The position numbers and the translations under genes are program-made. A stretch of 54,694 nt of DNA from positions 1 through 54,694 of the forward strand of contig JAXIPC010000105.1 in assembly GCA_045403135.1 (NCBI GenBank), read 5' to 3'. Of this stretch, positions 21,383-31,364 are shown in pieces (position 1 is the stretch's first letter; every line of letters begins with the position of its first letter). The notes under the pieces were generated by a model. The model was not told the DNA's origin and searched no databases. It saw only the letters and a program-made list of their open reading frames with translations. This stretch comes from Gemmatimonadales bacterium (GTDB lineage Bacteria; Gemmatimonadota; Gemmatimonadetes; Gemmatimonadales; GWC2-71-9).

Positions 21383-22447
21383 ATGACTCAGTCTCTCCTG
21401 GCATCTCTCCAGAGCCTTCCCCCGGCCGACGCCGCCTCGGCAATCCGGCGCTGGGTCGAGGGACACGGCCTGCCGGCGTATCGCGCCCCGCAGGTCCTGC
21501 GCCGGCTCTGGCGGGCTCCCATCGGAGCCTGGCGGGAAGCCACTGAGCTGCCCCTCGGCCTGCGCACCGAGCTGGAGCGAGATGCGCCGCTGGAACGGCT
21601 CGTGCCGGAGACGGTGCAGCAATCGACCGACGGGACCCGGAAATACCTCTGGCGGCTCGCGGACGGGGAGGCGATCGAGTCGGTGCTGATTCCTTCGGGA
21701 AAACGGCTCACCCTCTGCATCTCCTCGCAGGCCGGCTGCGCGCTGGGATGCACCTTTTGCGCGACCGGGCGGATGGGATTCCGGCGCAATCTCTCGGCCG
21801 CGGAAATCACCGGCCAGGTCCGCGAGATCGTCCTGGCGAACGCCGCGGAGAAGCCGACCAACATCGTGTTCATGGGCATGGGCGAGCCCTTGCTCAACTG
21901 GCCAGCGGTGAGCGCGGCGCTCGGCATCCTGAATCACCCGGAGGGCTTCGGGATCGGGGCCCGGCACATCACCGTCTCAACCGTCGGAATCGTCCCGGCC
22001 ATGCTCGAGCTGGCCCGGCGACCAGAGCAGTTCCGCCTCGCCATCTCGCTCCATGCGGCCGGGCCGGCGCAACGGCTGCGGCTGATGCCGATCCAGAAAA
22101 AGTACCCGCTCGAGGAAGTCTTGCGCGCCGCGCGAGCGTTCCGCAAACGGATCACATTCGAGTATGTGCTGATCGCGGGAAAGAACGACAGCGATGCCGA
22201 CGCGGACAAGCTGGCCAAACTCGCCCACCAGCTTGGCGCTCATGTGAACGTGCTCCCCCTCCATCCCGGCGGCGCGGCGGGACTCTCCCCCGCCTCGGGA
22301 AACCGCATCCGGGCATTCGCGGACCGGCTCACCCACCAGGGGGTGGAGGCGGTGGTGCGCCGGAGCCGGGGGCTCGACATCGCTGCCGCCTGCGGCCAGC
22401 TCTTCGTCGAGATGGCGAAGAAGAAGCGCGCGGCGGCGGTGGTCTAA
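21383..22447 (+). CDS. rlmN: 23S rRNA A2503/tRNA C2-methyltransferase RlmN
   Basis: CISSQAGCALGCTFCATG (radical SAM), FMGMGEPL, ISLHA, DIAAACGQL. Confidence 0.96.
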   Translation: MTQSLLASLQSLPPADAASAIRRWVEGHGLPAYRAPQVLRRLWRAPIGAWREATELPLGLRTELERDAPLERLVPETVQQSTDGTRKYLWRLADGEAIESVLIPSGKRLTLCISSQAGCALGCTFCATGRMGFRRNLSAAEITGQVREIVLANAAEKPTNIVFMGMGEPLLNWPAVSAALGILNHPEGFGIGARHITVSTVGIVPAMLELARRPEQFRLAISLHAAGPAQRLRLMPIQKKYPLEEVLRAARAFRKRITFEYVLIAGKNDSDADADKLAKLAHQLGAHVNVLPLHPGGAAGLSPASGNRIRAFADRLTHQGVEAVVRRSRGLDIAAACGQLFVEMAKKKRAAAVV

Positions 22448-23790
22448 TGGCCGCGCCACGGACCGTCGTGGTGGCGCTGCTCCGCTTCACGCTCCGGATC
22501 TTCTTCCGCCGCGTCGAGGTCGAGGGCCTGCAGCGGGTCCCCTCAGGCGGCCCGGTGATGTTCGTGCTCAACCACCCGAATTCCCTGGTCGATCCGGTCT
22601 TCATCCTCTGCCTGGCCCCGCGGCCGGTGTCGTTCCTGGCCAAGGCACCGCTGTTCCGGATTCCCGTCATCGGATGGTTGGTACGCGCCGCCGGGTCCAT
22701 CCCGGTGGAGCGCAAGCAGGACCCCGGAGCCGACCTCACCAAGAACCGGGAGATGTTCGCCCGGGTCCGCGCGCATCTGTCGGCGGGTGGCGCGGTCGCG
22801 CTCTTCCCCGAAGGCACCAGCCACAGCGACCCCAGGCTCAAACCGATGAAGACCGGCGCGGCGCGGATCGCGCTCGGCGTGGCGGCGATTCCGCCTCTCC
22901 GGATCCAGCCGGTAGGGCTCTTTTACACCGACAAGCGCACGTTTCGGAGCGCGGCGCTGGTGTATTACGGCGAGCCGTTCGAGGTCCGCCCGGCACCGCT
23001 CGATGATGCCGGCGAGCCCCCCGGCGAAGCCGTCAGAACCGTGACCGACCAGATTGGCCACTCCCTGGGCGAAGTCACCCTCCAGGCCGATGCATTCGAG
23101 GCCCACGATTTCGTGGCGCGCACCGAGCGCATCCTGGCCAGCCAGCGCCGGGCCAGCGACGATGCCCCGCGACCGGAGCTCGCCGAAGAGTTTGCTTTCC
23201 GGCGTCGCGTGTTGCGCGGGTACGAGGCGCTCAAGGCGAGAGACCCCGAACGGCTCGAGGGGATCCGGCGGCGGGTGCATCGCTACGAGGACAAGCTGCG
23301 CGGCGCCGGGCTCGACCCATGGGATGTGCCGGTGGGCCGCTTCAGCACCGGCGGGATCCTGGTCGGCATCGGACTTTTCCTGCTCCGCTTCGCGCTGCTC
23401 CTGCCGCTCGGGCTTCCGGGGCTGGTGCTGCACTACCTGCCCTATCGCCTGGTCGGGTTCCTCTCTCAGCGGGCGGTAGGCAAGTACGACGACATCCTCG
23501 CCACCGCCAAAGCGGCGTCGGCCTTCGTGGTCTTTCCGCTCACCTGGGTCGTGGTGACGATCCTGTTCTGGAAATGGCAGGGGCCGGCGGCCGGGCTCAC
23601 CGTGCTGGTGCTGGCGCCGCTCAGCGGCTACGCCGCGCTCCGGCTCGCCGAGCTGGCCGATCGGGCGATGGGCGCGTTGCGAGCGCTGGGTCTGTGGATT
23701 CTGGGCCGGCGGAGCTTTCTACACCTGCAAGTGGAGCGGCGCATCCTGCGCGAGGACATCCTGGTCATTGCGGAGGAGCTGGGGGTGTAA
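22447..23790 (+). CDS. Lysophospholipid/glycerol-3-phosphate acyltransferase family membrane protein
   Basis: NHPNSLVD (HxxxxD), FLAKAPLF, FPEGTSH, C-terminal TM helices; TAATG overlap with rlmN. Confidence 0.87.
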   Translation: MAAPRTVVVALLRFTLRIFFRRVEVEGLQRVPSGGPVMFVLNHPNSLVDPVFILCLAPRPVSFLAKAPLFRIPVIGWLVRAAGSIPVERKQDPGADLTKNREMFARVRAHLSAGGAVALFPEGTSHSDPRLKPMKTGAARIALGVAAIPPLRIQPVGLFYTDKRTFRSAALVYYGEPFEVRPAPLDDAGEPPGEAVRTVTDQIGHSLGEVTLQADAFEAHDFVARTERILASQRRASDDAPRPELAEEFAFRRRVLRGYEALKARDPERLEGIRRRVHRYEDKLRGAGLDPWDVPVGRFSTGGILVGIGLFLLRFALLLPLGLPGLVLHYLPYRLVGFLSQRAVGKYDDILATAKAASAFVVFPLTWVVVTILFWKWQGPAAGLTVLVLAPLSGYAALRLAELADRAMGALRALGLWILGRRSFLHLQVERRILREDILVIAEELGV

Positions 23791-24198
23791 TCAGGGGCGG
23801 AATCCGGGAGGCGGCCGGTAGTCCGCGCCCAGCCAGACGCTCACATCCACGCGCAACAGCGTGTCTCCCCGAACGCGGGCCTGGCCGGTGCCCAGCGCCC
23901 GCGCCACCCGGACGGCCGCAGATGAATCTCCCCTGCGAGCAAGCACCTGGGTGACGGCAACGGAATCCGCCACGGTGCCGAAGTAGACCACATCGAAACC
24001 CGCGTTCCGGAGCGCCCGTGTCGCGGCGCGCGCCAGGCCTCGTCGACCCGATCCGTTCAAGACCTCGACCACGATCCGCTCGCCGCCCAGGAGCGGGGCG
24101 GCCTCGGGCCGGGTCGAGCCGGTGTCGTCGCGGATCAGCGCCCAGACCCCGATGCCCAGCAGGGCGGCGAGCACCGCCCCTAACGCGAGGGCGCGCAA
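23791..24198 (-). CDS. LytR C-terminal domain protein with N-terminal membrane anchor
   Basis: TTG start, hydrophobic helix, VEVLNGSGRRGLA, DVSVWLGADY. Confidence 0.8.
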   Translation of the reverse strand: MRALALGAVLAALLGIGVWALIRDDTGSTRPEAAPLLGGERIVVEVLNGSGRRGLARAATRALRNAGFDVVYFGTVADSVAVTQVLARRGDSSAAVRVARALGTGQARVRGDTLLRVDVSVWLGADYRPPPGFRP

Positions 24199-24770
24199 TC
24201 GGCCAGTGAATTCCAGAATCGTACCGTCGGCTCTGGGAGGATCCAGCCGGCGCGGATGGTGCGCAGGAGCCGGCGGCTCGCGACGTCGAGCAGGACCGCT
24301 TTGGGATCGACCGGAAACCGCTCGACCAGTCTGGCGCGTTCGGCCTGGTCGAAGGAGCGTCCGGGCTCCAGGTAGTCGGCGCAATAGAGCACCCGCCCGA
24401 CCATGTCCCACTCCGCCAGTCCGAGGGAGTGATAGCGCACCGCATCCAGCACGCCGCGGTCGGACTCGCCCTCGGACTTGGCGCGCGACGCGGCCGCGGG
24501 CCCATGGCGGAGCTCGACGGCACCGGGCCGCGAGGAGGCCCAGCGGGACAGCTCGGCTTCCTCGGCATCCCGGAGCGCATCGTGGAGCCAGACCGCCTTG
24601 AGCCAGCGGTTGCGCTCCGAATCCGGCGTGCCCATCTGGTCGGCCCACCAGGCGACCAGTTCGGCCACGCGTTGGATGTGCTGGATTCGCGCGGGAGTGA
24701 CGCGCGCCCACGGCGGCAGTGTGGGCCTGAGCTCCGAGGGAATCCCGGAGTCCCCGGCGGCTTTGGTCAT
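24180..24770 (-). CDS. HD-domain phosphohydrolase, YqeK-like (putative Ap4A hydrolase)
   Basis: RIQHIQRVA, WLHDALR, RHGPAAA, RYHSLG, ADYLEPGR. Confidence 0.8.
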   Translation of the reverse strand: MTKAAGDSGIPSELRPTLPPWARVTPARIQHIQRVAELVAWWADQMGTPDSERNRWLKAVWLHDALRDAEEAELSRWASSRPGAVELRHGPAAASRAKSEGESDRGVLDAVRYHSLGLAEWDMVGRVLYCADYLEPGRSFDQAERARLVERFPVDPKAVLLDVASRRLLRTIRAGWILPEPTVRFWNSLADCAPSR

Positions 24771-24797
24771 CGGTACGCTGAGAATGCAGACATGCGT

Positions 24798-25214
24798 TCA
24801 GACCCCCTTCCGTTCCAGCTCGGCGAGCTCGCGTTGCCAGAACTCCCGCTGGCTGAGTCCGGGATGTGGCAGGGTCAGCCCCGGTTCCTCCAGCGAGATG
24901 GCTCCGTACCGGACGATGTCCAGATCGAGCGCTCGCGACGCCCAATGGGCCCGGGGGACCCCGCCGGCCTCCGCCTCGATCCGTTGACACGCCGCCAGCA
25001 GCTGATGAGGCGAGAGTGTGGTGTCGAGGGCGAGCATCTGGTTCAGGTACATGGGCTGATCGAGCCCGCCCAGCGGCACCGTTTCCTCAACAACCGACCC
25101 GCCCCGCAGCGCGACCCCCGGCAGCATGGCCAGTCGCTCGCGCGCGAGGGCCAGGTTGGCCTGCCGATCTCCGAGATTGCTCCCGAGGGCCACGTACGCG
25201 CGTAGCGGCGGCAT
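24798..25214 (-). CDS. folK: 2-amino-4-hydroxy-6-hydroxymethyldihydropteridine diphosphokinase
   Basis: YVALGSNLGDR, QPMYLN, RALDLDIV, LTLPHP. Confidence 0.93.
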   Translation of the reverse strand: MPPLRAYVALGSNLGDRQANLALARERLAMLPGVALRGGSVVEETVPLGGLDQPMYLNQMLALDTTLSPHQLLAACQRIEAEAGGVPRAHWASRALDLDIVRYGAISLEEPGLTLPHPGLSQREFWQRELAELERKGV

Positions 25215-25216
25215 CG

Positions 25217-27295
25217 CTAGACGATGAAGTGCCGGGCGATCTCGCGCAGCTCACCCGCCACGCGCTCCAGTTCGGCGATGGCCGACTCGAGGTCGGCCTG
25301 ACCCCGGGTGGCTTCCCCCGCCTCGCGGGCCAGCGTCTCGGTCTGGCCGCGGGCGCGCTGCGCGCCTTCCGCCAACTGCTGGATCTGCGAGGACAGCCGC
25401 CGCCCGGCGTGTTCGTGAGCCTTTTGCGAATCCGCGATCGCGCGCGACTGCTCGCCGGCCTCCTGCGTGGCGCGGACGATCTCATCCAGTGCGCGGGCGG
25501 TATCGGCGGAGAGCTCGCCGACATCGGCCACGAGCTGCTCGCCGCGTTCCATCTGGCTGGCCATGCCGGACACCTCGCGGGAGATGTCGCTGGTGAGCCG
25601 GGTCGCATCGGCTCCGGCCGCGGCGCTCTGCATCGCGAGCTGCCGGATCTCCTCGGCGACGACGGCGAAGCCCCGCCCCGACGCACCGGCGCGGTGCGCC
25701 TCGATCGAGGCGTTGAGGGCGATGACGTTGGTGAGCTCGGCGATTTCCTGGATCGAGGCGAGAAAGTTGCGGACCCGGACCGTGGTGGCGCCCAGGGCCG
25801 ACACCGAGCGCGAGCTGTCGGCCACGAACGCCTGGACGTGGATCAGCCGGTCCACCGCATCGCCGATCTCCTGCCGGTGCTTGGCCGCGGCCCCCGCGGC
25901 GGCGGCGCTCACGGTGGAGGCGCGCGAGCCGGCGACCGCCGCCGACTCGACCAAACGGCCGAGCTCGGCGGTGGCCTCGAGCCCGGTCCGCGCGAAGGTC
26001 TCTTGGCCGGACGCTTCCCGGCGCATGTTCTCGGAGGCCAGCTGCAGGGCCAGCGCGGAGGACCGCAGCGAATTGGCCGCGCGTGCCAGTGCATGGATCT
26101 GCCCGGTGATCTGCTCGACCGTTTCCAGCAGCGGCCGGCGCAGCTCGGCGATGTGCATCGCGGTCGAGATCTGGCTCGAGATGGCCCGCATGGCCGAACG
26201 ATCCCTGACCCGGTAATGGTGCCGCTTATGGTGGTCGAGCTCGAGCGTGCCGACGATCCGGTCGGCATGGCGAAGCGGAAAGATCATGATGGTGCGCACC
26301 GCCGGGTCGGGCCGTTCGAGGCCGGCATCGCGCCAGGTATCGTCGATGGAAATCGGCTCCCCCTCCGCCAGCACGCGGCTGCGGAATGCGGCAAGGCCCG
26401 GATCGGGGTCGCCCCGATCGGGCCGCCCCTGGTGGGCCCGGTATGCCATCACGGGCCCTCCGCCGGTGACGCGATATATCCGGAAGTCTCCCCAGTCGAG
26501 GAGACGGTAGGCAAGCTGCTCGATCATCTCGAAGGTGACCCGCAGGCTCGAGTCGCTGGCCAGGTTGGCCTGCATGGAGTGGACCTTGTTCAGGTCCTCC
26601 GCGGAAATCGCCTCCTCGAGCAGGGCGCGCGTCACCAACCCCGCCACACCGAGCGCCAGCACCACCACCACCCACCCGGGTGGGGAGAGCGCCGTCAGCG
26701 CCCAGACCAGGATCCCGGCCCCGAGGAGCGTCATCAGGAATGCGATGATCTCCCAACGGAGAATGAACAGCCGGTCCTCGACCTCGAGCTTGCCGCGCAT
26801 GAGGAGCGAGAGGTAGAAGAGGACCCGGGTCACCGCGAAATAGATCCCGGCCAGCACGACGAACGGAGCGAGAAAGTCGAGGGAGACCGTCGTGGGCCCG
26901 GCCAACCTCATCGCCAGCGCGTAGTATCCGAATGCCACCGCAAAGGCGAGCGCCTCGCGCCCGGCATTCACCGCACCCGCGCGCATCGGCTTGCGGAGCC
27001 AGCCGACATCGGCCGCGAAAACGCCCAGGGCCAGGCCCAGCACCGCGACGGACGCCGGCACCGTGAGAGCGGCGACGACGGCGGGAATCCCGATCTGCGT
27101 GAGATAGGAATACTTGCTGAGCCGGACCGGCGCGATCCGAAGCGTGGCCACGCTCGCCAGCATCACCACCGCCGCGATCGTGTGTTGGATCCAGCGCGGG
27201 TCCCACACCGCGGTGATCAGGACCAGTGGCGGTCCCGCAAGCGCGAGGCCCCGGCCGTACGCGTCCATCAGCCTGCCGGAGAAGTCCGGCCGCAC
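25217..27295 (-). CDS. Multi-TM, GAF-domain methyl-accepting chemotaxis-like protein
   Basis: Several N-terminal TM helices, GAF-like [20 protein letters not shown] tip [37 protein letters not shown]. Confidence 0.88.
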   Translation of the reverse strand: MRPDFSGRLMDAYGRGLALAGPPLVLITAVWDPRWIQHTIAAVVMLASVATLRIAPVRLSKYSYLTQIGIPAVVAALTVPASVAVLGLALGVFAADVGWLRKPMRAGAVNAGREALAFAVAFGYYALAMRLAGPTTVSLDFLAPFVVLAGIYFAVTRVLFYLSLLMRGKLEVEDRLFILRWEIIAFLMTLLGAGILVWALTALSPPGWVVVVLALGVAGLVTRALLEEAISAEDLNKVHSMQANLASDSSLRVTFEMIEQLAYRLLDWGDFRIYRVTGGGPVMAYRAHQGRPDRGDPDPGLAAFRSRVLAEGEPISIDDTWRDAGLERPDPAVRTIMIFPLRHADRIVGTLELDHHKRHHYRVRDRSAMRAISSQISTAMHIAELRRPLLETVEQITGQIHALARAANSLRSSALALQLASENMRREASGQETFARTGLEATAELGRLVESAAVAGSRASTVSAAAAGAAAKHRQEIGDAVDRLIHVQAFVADSSRSVSALGATTVRVRNFLASIQEIAELTNVIALNASIEAHRAGASGRGFAVVAEEIRQLAMQSAAAGADATRLTSDISREVSGMASQMERGEQLVADVGELSADTARALDEIVRATQEAGEQSRAIADSQKAHEHAGRRLSSQIQQLAEGAQRARGQTETLAREAGEATRGQADLESAIAELERVAGELREIARHFIV

Positions 27296-27299
27296 CGAA

Positions 27300-28760
27300 T
27301 CAGAGGAAATAGTCGCCCACCGTGAGGTTGTAGCGGTCGGGATTGGTGACCTTGACGATGGACCGCGCGTATTCCCCTCCCGGAGACCGTTCGGATAAAT
27401 CGACGGCGATGCCGGGCGGGTGAAGAACGCTCCCGCCGGAATCGATCACGACCCGGATGACGGGCCGGTTGAGCAGCTCCCGGTCGGGGTTCGTTTGCGA
27501 CACGATTCCGACCTCGAACGTGTCGAGGACCACGCAGGTACCGACCGGGTAGACCCCGATCAGATTGATCAGGGCCTTCACGACGATGGGGTCGTAGCCG
27601 CGCCGCGGGTTGGTCCACATTTCCCGGAGCACCTGGTCGGGCTCGATCGGCACGGTCTGGTACACCCGCCGCGTAGTGGCGGCGTCGAAGCCGTCCGCCA
27701 CGGCCACGAGCCGGGAGAAGATCCCCAGCGTCCGGGGCCGGATCGCGCGGGGGTAACCCGTCAGGTCGGTTTTCATGTGGTGCTCATGCGCCACCAGGAT
27801 CGACTTGTAGGGAATCTCCTCATAGGCTCGCAGCCCGAACAGCGTCATCGACCCGCGCCACGGATGGGCTTGAATCACCCGCCACTCGTCCTCGGACAGG
27901 CCATCGACCTTGTTGAGGACCTCGATCGGAATCTTGGCCTTGCCGATGTCGTGGAGCAACGCCGTCATCCCGAGGTCGTAGAGCTGGATTTTGGTGAGGC
28001 CGATCTTCCGGCCCAGCGCCACCGAGAAGATGCAGACATTGACCGAATGGGTGAACGTGTACTCATCGTAGTCGCGAAGCGTGGTCAGGCCCATGATCGA
28101 GGTCTCGTTGGTGAGCACCTGATCCACGATCATCTGCACCGCCCGCTTGACCTTCTTGACGCTGCTGGTCCGGCCCATCCGAATGCTGTTCACCACGTCT
28201 TTCGTCACCGCGACACCCTGGGCGTAGGTGCGCTTCGCCACTGCGCGGGCCTCCTGCGCGTTCAGCTCCTCGTTGACCTCGGTGGCCGGTTCGAACTGAA
28301 TGTGGGGCGTGTCGGCGTTGCCGAGCCGCTCGATCAGCGCGGTGTAGCGGTCTTCGATCCCGGTTTCCGAGAGCAGACTGAGCAGGATGCTGAGCAGCGC
28401 CTGCCACTCGCGGCGCTCCACCCCGGCCTGGGTGCGGAAGATGCCGATATCGAAGGCCCGCAACGTGGTGAGCAGATTGCTGAAGGCGGCGAAGTTGTCC
28501 AGCTCCAGCCGGAGCCGGGTGCCGTTGACGAAGAGGAAGTCGCCCGCGAGCCTGAGCTCGAGCTCGGATTCCCCGTGCAGGAGGGTCGTCGTGGATGCCT
28601 GCAACTCGTCGAGCGCCTTCTGCACCGTGGCGTTTTCCACCGGGTACAGCTTCAGCGCCCGCAAGGCGGCGTAGAACGTGAGGAGAAACCCCCGGCCAGC
28701 GTGGCGGCTGAAGCCCTCGTCACCTCCCACGGCCCGGCCGCCGAACGGGTCGTCGGTCAT
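27300..28760 (-). CDS. HD-GYP domain cyclic-dinucleotide phosphodiesterase
   Basis: [46 protein letters not shown]. Confidence 0.9.
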   Translation of the reverse strand: MTDDPFGGRAVGGDEGFSRHAGRGFLLTFYAALRALKLYPVENATVQKALDELQASTTTLLHGESELELRLAGDFLFVNGTRLRLELDNFAAFSNLLTTLRAFDIGIFRTQAGVERREWQALLSILLSLLSETGIEDRYTALIERLGNADTPHIQFEPATEVNEELNAQEARAVAKRTYAQGVAVTKDVVNSIRMGRTSSVKKVKRAVQMIVDQVLTNETSIMGLTTLRDYDEYTFTHSVNVCIFSVALGRKIGLTKIQLYDLGMTALLHDIGKAKIPIEVLNKVDGLSEDEWRVIQAHPWRGSMTLFGLRAYEEIPYKSILVAHEHHMKTDLTGYPRAIRPRTLGIFSRLVAVADGFDAATTRRVYQTVPIEPDQVLREMWTNPRRGYDPIVVKALINLIGVYPVGTCVVLDTFEVGIVSQTNPDRELLNRPVIRVVIDSGGSVLHPPGIAVDLSERSPGGEYARSIVKVTNPDRYNLTVGDYFL

Positions 28761-30448
28761 GCCGGCCAGTCGCGCAGCGCCCGGTGCGCCGCGTTCCGCA
28801 CCGGAAGGTCCTTATCCTGCTGGATTCGCTCGAGCACCTCCCGGGCGGCGGGACTCTGCAGCCGGCTGATCGCATAGGCGGCACAGGTTCGGGTCTCGGT
28901 GGATTCCTTCTTTCGCAGGAATCCGCGCGGCTCGAGGATGTTGGACAGGACGGGCAGGGCGGCTGCACCAGCCACCACGGCGTACGCCTCGAAGAAATGG
29001 CGCTTTTCCGCCCGCTCCAGCTCGTAACGTCCCTTGCCGAGCACCACCGCCTCCAGCCGGCGCAGCGCGGCGCGATATCCGTTGGAGGCGACGGCGGTGA
29101 CCGCCGCCAGCCGAACGGCCCGGTCCGGATCATCGAGCGCGCGCTCCAGAGCCGTCAGGGCGCCGGCCGAGCCGATCTTGGTGAGCGCCTCGACCGTCGC
29201 CAGGCGAACCGTCGCATCGCCATGGTTGACCAGACCGTCGAGCAGCGGGACGGCGACCTGCAGGTCGAGCCGACCGCACAGCGCGACGGCACCCGGCAGC
29301 GCCGGCGATTCATGCTTGCCGAGGAGCGCCAGTACGACGTCGGTGCGCGCCGCCGCGAGCCGGTCAACCGATGCCTCGAGGATCCCGCGAATCACCGGCC
29401 GCGAGAGGGTCGGCAGGAAGGTGAGCATCGTCTCGAGCCCCGTGGCATGGAGCTCGCCTAGGACCTCGCCGACGTCCTCCTCGGCCGGCACCGACGCCGA
29501 TTCCTCCAGCGACTGCAAGAGCTGGGAAAGGATCGCCGGCTCGCTCAACCTGGCCTGGAAGGACAGCAACGTCTCCCGGATTTCGGGCTCCAGGACCGTC
29601 ACCCGCTGCGAGACGGTGCGGAACTCCCGGAGCAGCCTCGCCACGGTACGGAACTCCCCGCGGTTCAGGAGGTTCGGGAATAGATGGTCGAAGATGACGA
29701 GCACGTCCCGCCGCACCGTCACCGCGGGCTGGAGCTCGAAGATGTCGAGCAACGCGTCGAAGGAGGCCCGGCGCTCGTCCCGCGTGTACTCGGCCTCGAC
29801 TTCGCGGGAGAGCTGCTGGATCTCCTTCTCGTCGAGGAAGAAGATGGTCGAATCGAAGTCGTCGATATCCAGGCCGGTGGCCAGGCGGTCGGCGGCGTCG
29901 CTCTTGACCTCCTCTTGCACGGCGGCCTGAGTGGCCAGGTCCTGGTGCAACAACGCGTCGGTGGCCTGGGGGTCGAGGACCAGGAGCGCGTCGGTGATGA
30001 TCTCGGCGAACTGGTACTCGATCGCCAGAAAATCCTGCTCCCACAGCAGTGTCAGCAGATCGTCGGCCGCGTCGCTCGGGAGGAGCCGGGCCCGGGCCAC
30101 GAGGTGGAGAAACCGGATGATCTCCCCTTCTTCGACCCCCGGCTTGAGGGTCAGGAAACGCATCCCGTCCTTGTACATCATCCAGGCAAAACTCTCGTTC
30201 TTGGTGGGCTGGTGGTACACCACCTGGTCCTCCCAGAGCAGGTCGGTTTCCACCACGCTCAGGCCGAGCTGCTGGGTGGACGACCAAATGGGCAGGAAGG
30301 AGTGCTGGAGGGCCTGCTCCGCCCGTTGGTACATCGGGTTGTTCGGGAGGTACATCTGGAACGCGCGGAGCGCCTTGGCCATGGTCCGGACCAATTCCTC
30401 CACCTGGGTCACAGGCAGGGCGAGATCGGATCCGTGGGGCAGCGTCAC
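28757..30448 (-). CDS. HEAT-repeat domain protein
   Basis: C-terminal HEAT/PBS-like repeats (DATVRLATVEAL, DPDRAVRLAAV, KDLPVRNAAHRAL); stop overlaps the HD-GYP start. Confidence 0.82.
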   Translation of the reverse strand: MTLPHGSDLALPVTQVEELVRTMAKALRAFQMYLPNNPMYQRAEQALQHSFLPIWSSTQQLGLSVVETDLLWEDQVVYHQPTKNESFAWMMYKDGMRFLTLKPGVEEGEIIRFLHLVARARLLPSDAADDLLTLLWEQDFLAIEYQFAEIITDALLVLDPQATDALLHQDLATQAAVQEEVKSDAADRLATGLDIDDFDSTIFFLDEKEIQQLSREVEAEYTRDERRASFDALLDIFELQPAVTVRRDVLVIFDHLFPNLLNRGEFRTVARLLREFRTVSQRVTVLEPEIRETLLSFQARLSEPAILSQLLQSLEESASVPAEEDVGEVLGELHATGLETMLTFLPTLSRPVIRGILEASVDRLAAARTDVVLALLGKHESPALPGAVALCGRLDLQVAVPLLDGLVNHGDATVRLATVEALTKIGSAGALTALERALDDPDRAVRLAAVTAVASNGYRAALRRLEAVVLGKGRYELERAEKRHFFEAYAVVAGAAALPVLSNILEPRGFLRKKESTETRTCAAYAISRLQSPAAREVLERIQQDKDLPVRNAAHRALRDWPA

Positions 30449-30564
30449 GGGCGGACCTCAGCGGCTGGAGAGGGCCGAGGAACGGGAGAGGAGCGGGAAA
30501 TGTCACCGCAAAATAGCATGGGGCTGCGGGTTAAGGGATTGGGTCGGTCATTCCAATGCCTGGA

Positions 30565-30593
30565 TTGACTTTCGGCAATTATTCGGTTAACCT
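30565..30593 (+). promoter_or_regulatory. lexA sigma70-type promoter with candidate LexA box in the spacer
   Basis: TTGACT (30565-30570), 17 bp, TAACCT (30588-30593); spacer holds direct repeat TTCGG-N6-TTCGG. Confidence 0.65.
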
Positions 30594-30646
30594 ATGGTAT
30601 CCATTTGGGTTCATCACGCCGCCCTCCAGGGTCAGGACGCTCTCCC

Positions 30647-31255
30647 ATGCATCTCACCAAACGGCAGAAGGAAATCCTGACCTACCTCGAGGGCCATATC
30701 CAGTCCCGCGGGTATGCCCCGAGCATGGAGGAGATTGCGGAGCACTTTTCCTACCAGTCGCTCGCCACGGTACACGAGCATCTCACCAACCTGGAGCGCA
30801 AGGGGTACATCCGCCGCTCGCCCCATGAGAGCCGGTCGGTCCGGGTGCTGCCACCCAAGAGCATCAGCGGTGCCACCGAAGTGCCCCTGCTCGGCGTGGT
30901 CGCCGCCGGCTTTCCGATCGAGGCGGTGCTGCACCAGGAAACGCTCGCGGTGCCGGACGTCATGCTCCCCGCCAAGGGGCCCAACTACGCGCTCCGGGTC
31001 CGGGGCGATTCCATGGTCGACGACCACATCGTGGACGGCGATTACGTCGTCGTGCACGGCCGGCAAAGTGCGGACAACGGGGAGATGGTCATCGCCCTGG
31101 TAAACGGATCCGAGGCCACGGTGAAGAAGTTCTTCCGGGAACCGGGGGGCTGGGTGCGGCTCCAGCCCGCCAACGCCTCCATGCAGCCCCTTCGGTTTCC
31201 CGAAGACGACATCATGATTCAGGGGGTCGTGGTGGGGGTGATTCGGAGGTATTGA
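30647..31255 (+). CDS. lexA: SOS repressor LexA
   Basis: LTKRQKEIL, PSMEEIAEHF, Ala-Gly cleavage site VAAGFPI, GDSM (Ser), TVKK (Lys). Confidence 0.96.
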   Translation: MHLTKRQKEILTYLEGHIQSRGYAPSMEEIAEHFSYQSLATVHEHLTNLERKGYIRRSPHESRSVRVLPPKSISGATEVPLLGVVAAGFPIEAVLHQETLAVPDVMLPAKGPNYALRVRGDSMVDDHIVDGDYVVVHGRQSADNGEMVIALVNGSEATVKKFFREPGGWVRLQPANASMQPLRFPEDDIMIQGVVVGVIRRY

Positions 31256-31329
31256 GCTAGGGAGCCAGGGGGTTGGGGACCTAGCCTGCCTCCCTATCTC
31301 CTTCGTTCCCTGACTCCCTAGCTCCCTGC
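31254..31329. repeat. Octamer tandem repeats forming an inverted pair after lexA (possible terminator hairpin)
   Basis: GAGCTAGG GAGCCAGG GGGTTGGG ... CTCCCTAT CTCCTTCG TTCCCTGA CTCCCTAG CTCCCTGC. Confidence 0.7.
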
Positions 31330-31364
31330 CTTAAGCCCCCTCTCCAGATTAAATTTGACGCGCA

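Noticed and set aside
21748-22446. Extension giving a 680-aa acyltransferase or an rlmN fusion
   Set aside because: Alternative frame inside rlmN; the real start is ATG 22447
30460-30500. Purine-rich quasi-repeat upstream of the HEAT gene
   Set aside because: Too degenerate to define a unit or a partner arm
24866-30590. Long plus-strand ORFs (819, 485 aa and others) opposite the MCP, HD-GYP and HEAT genes
   Set aside because: Antisense shadows without independent coding signals
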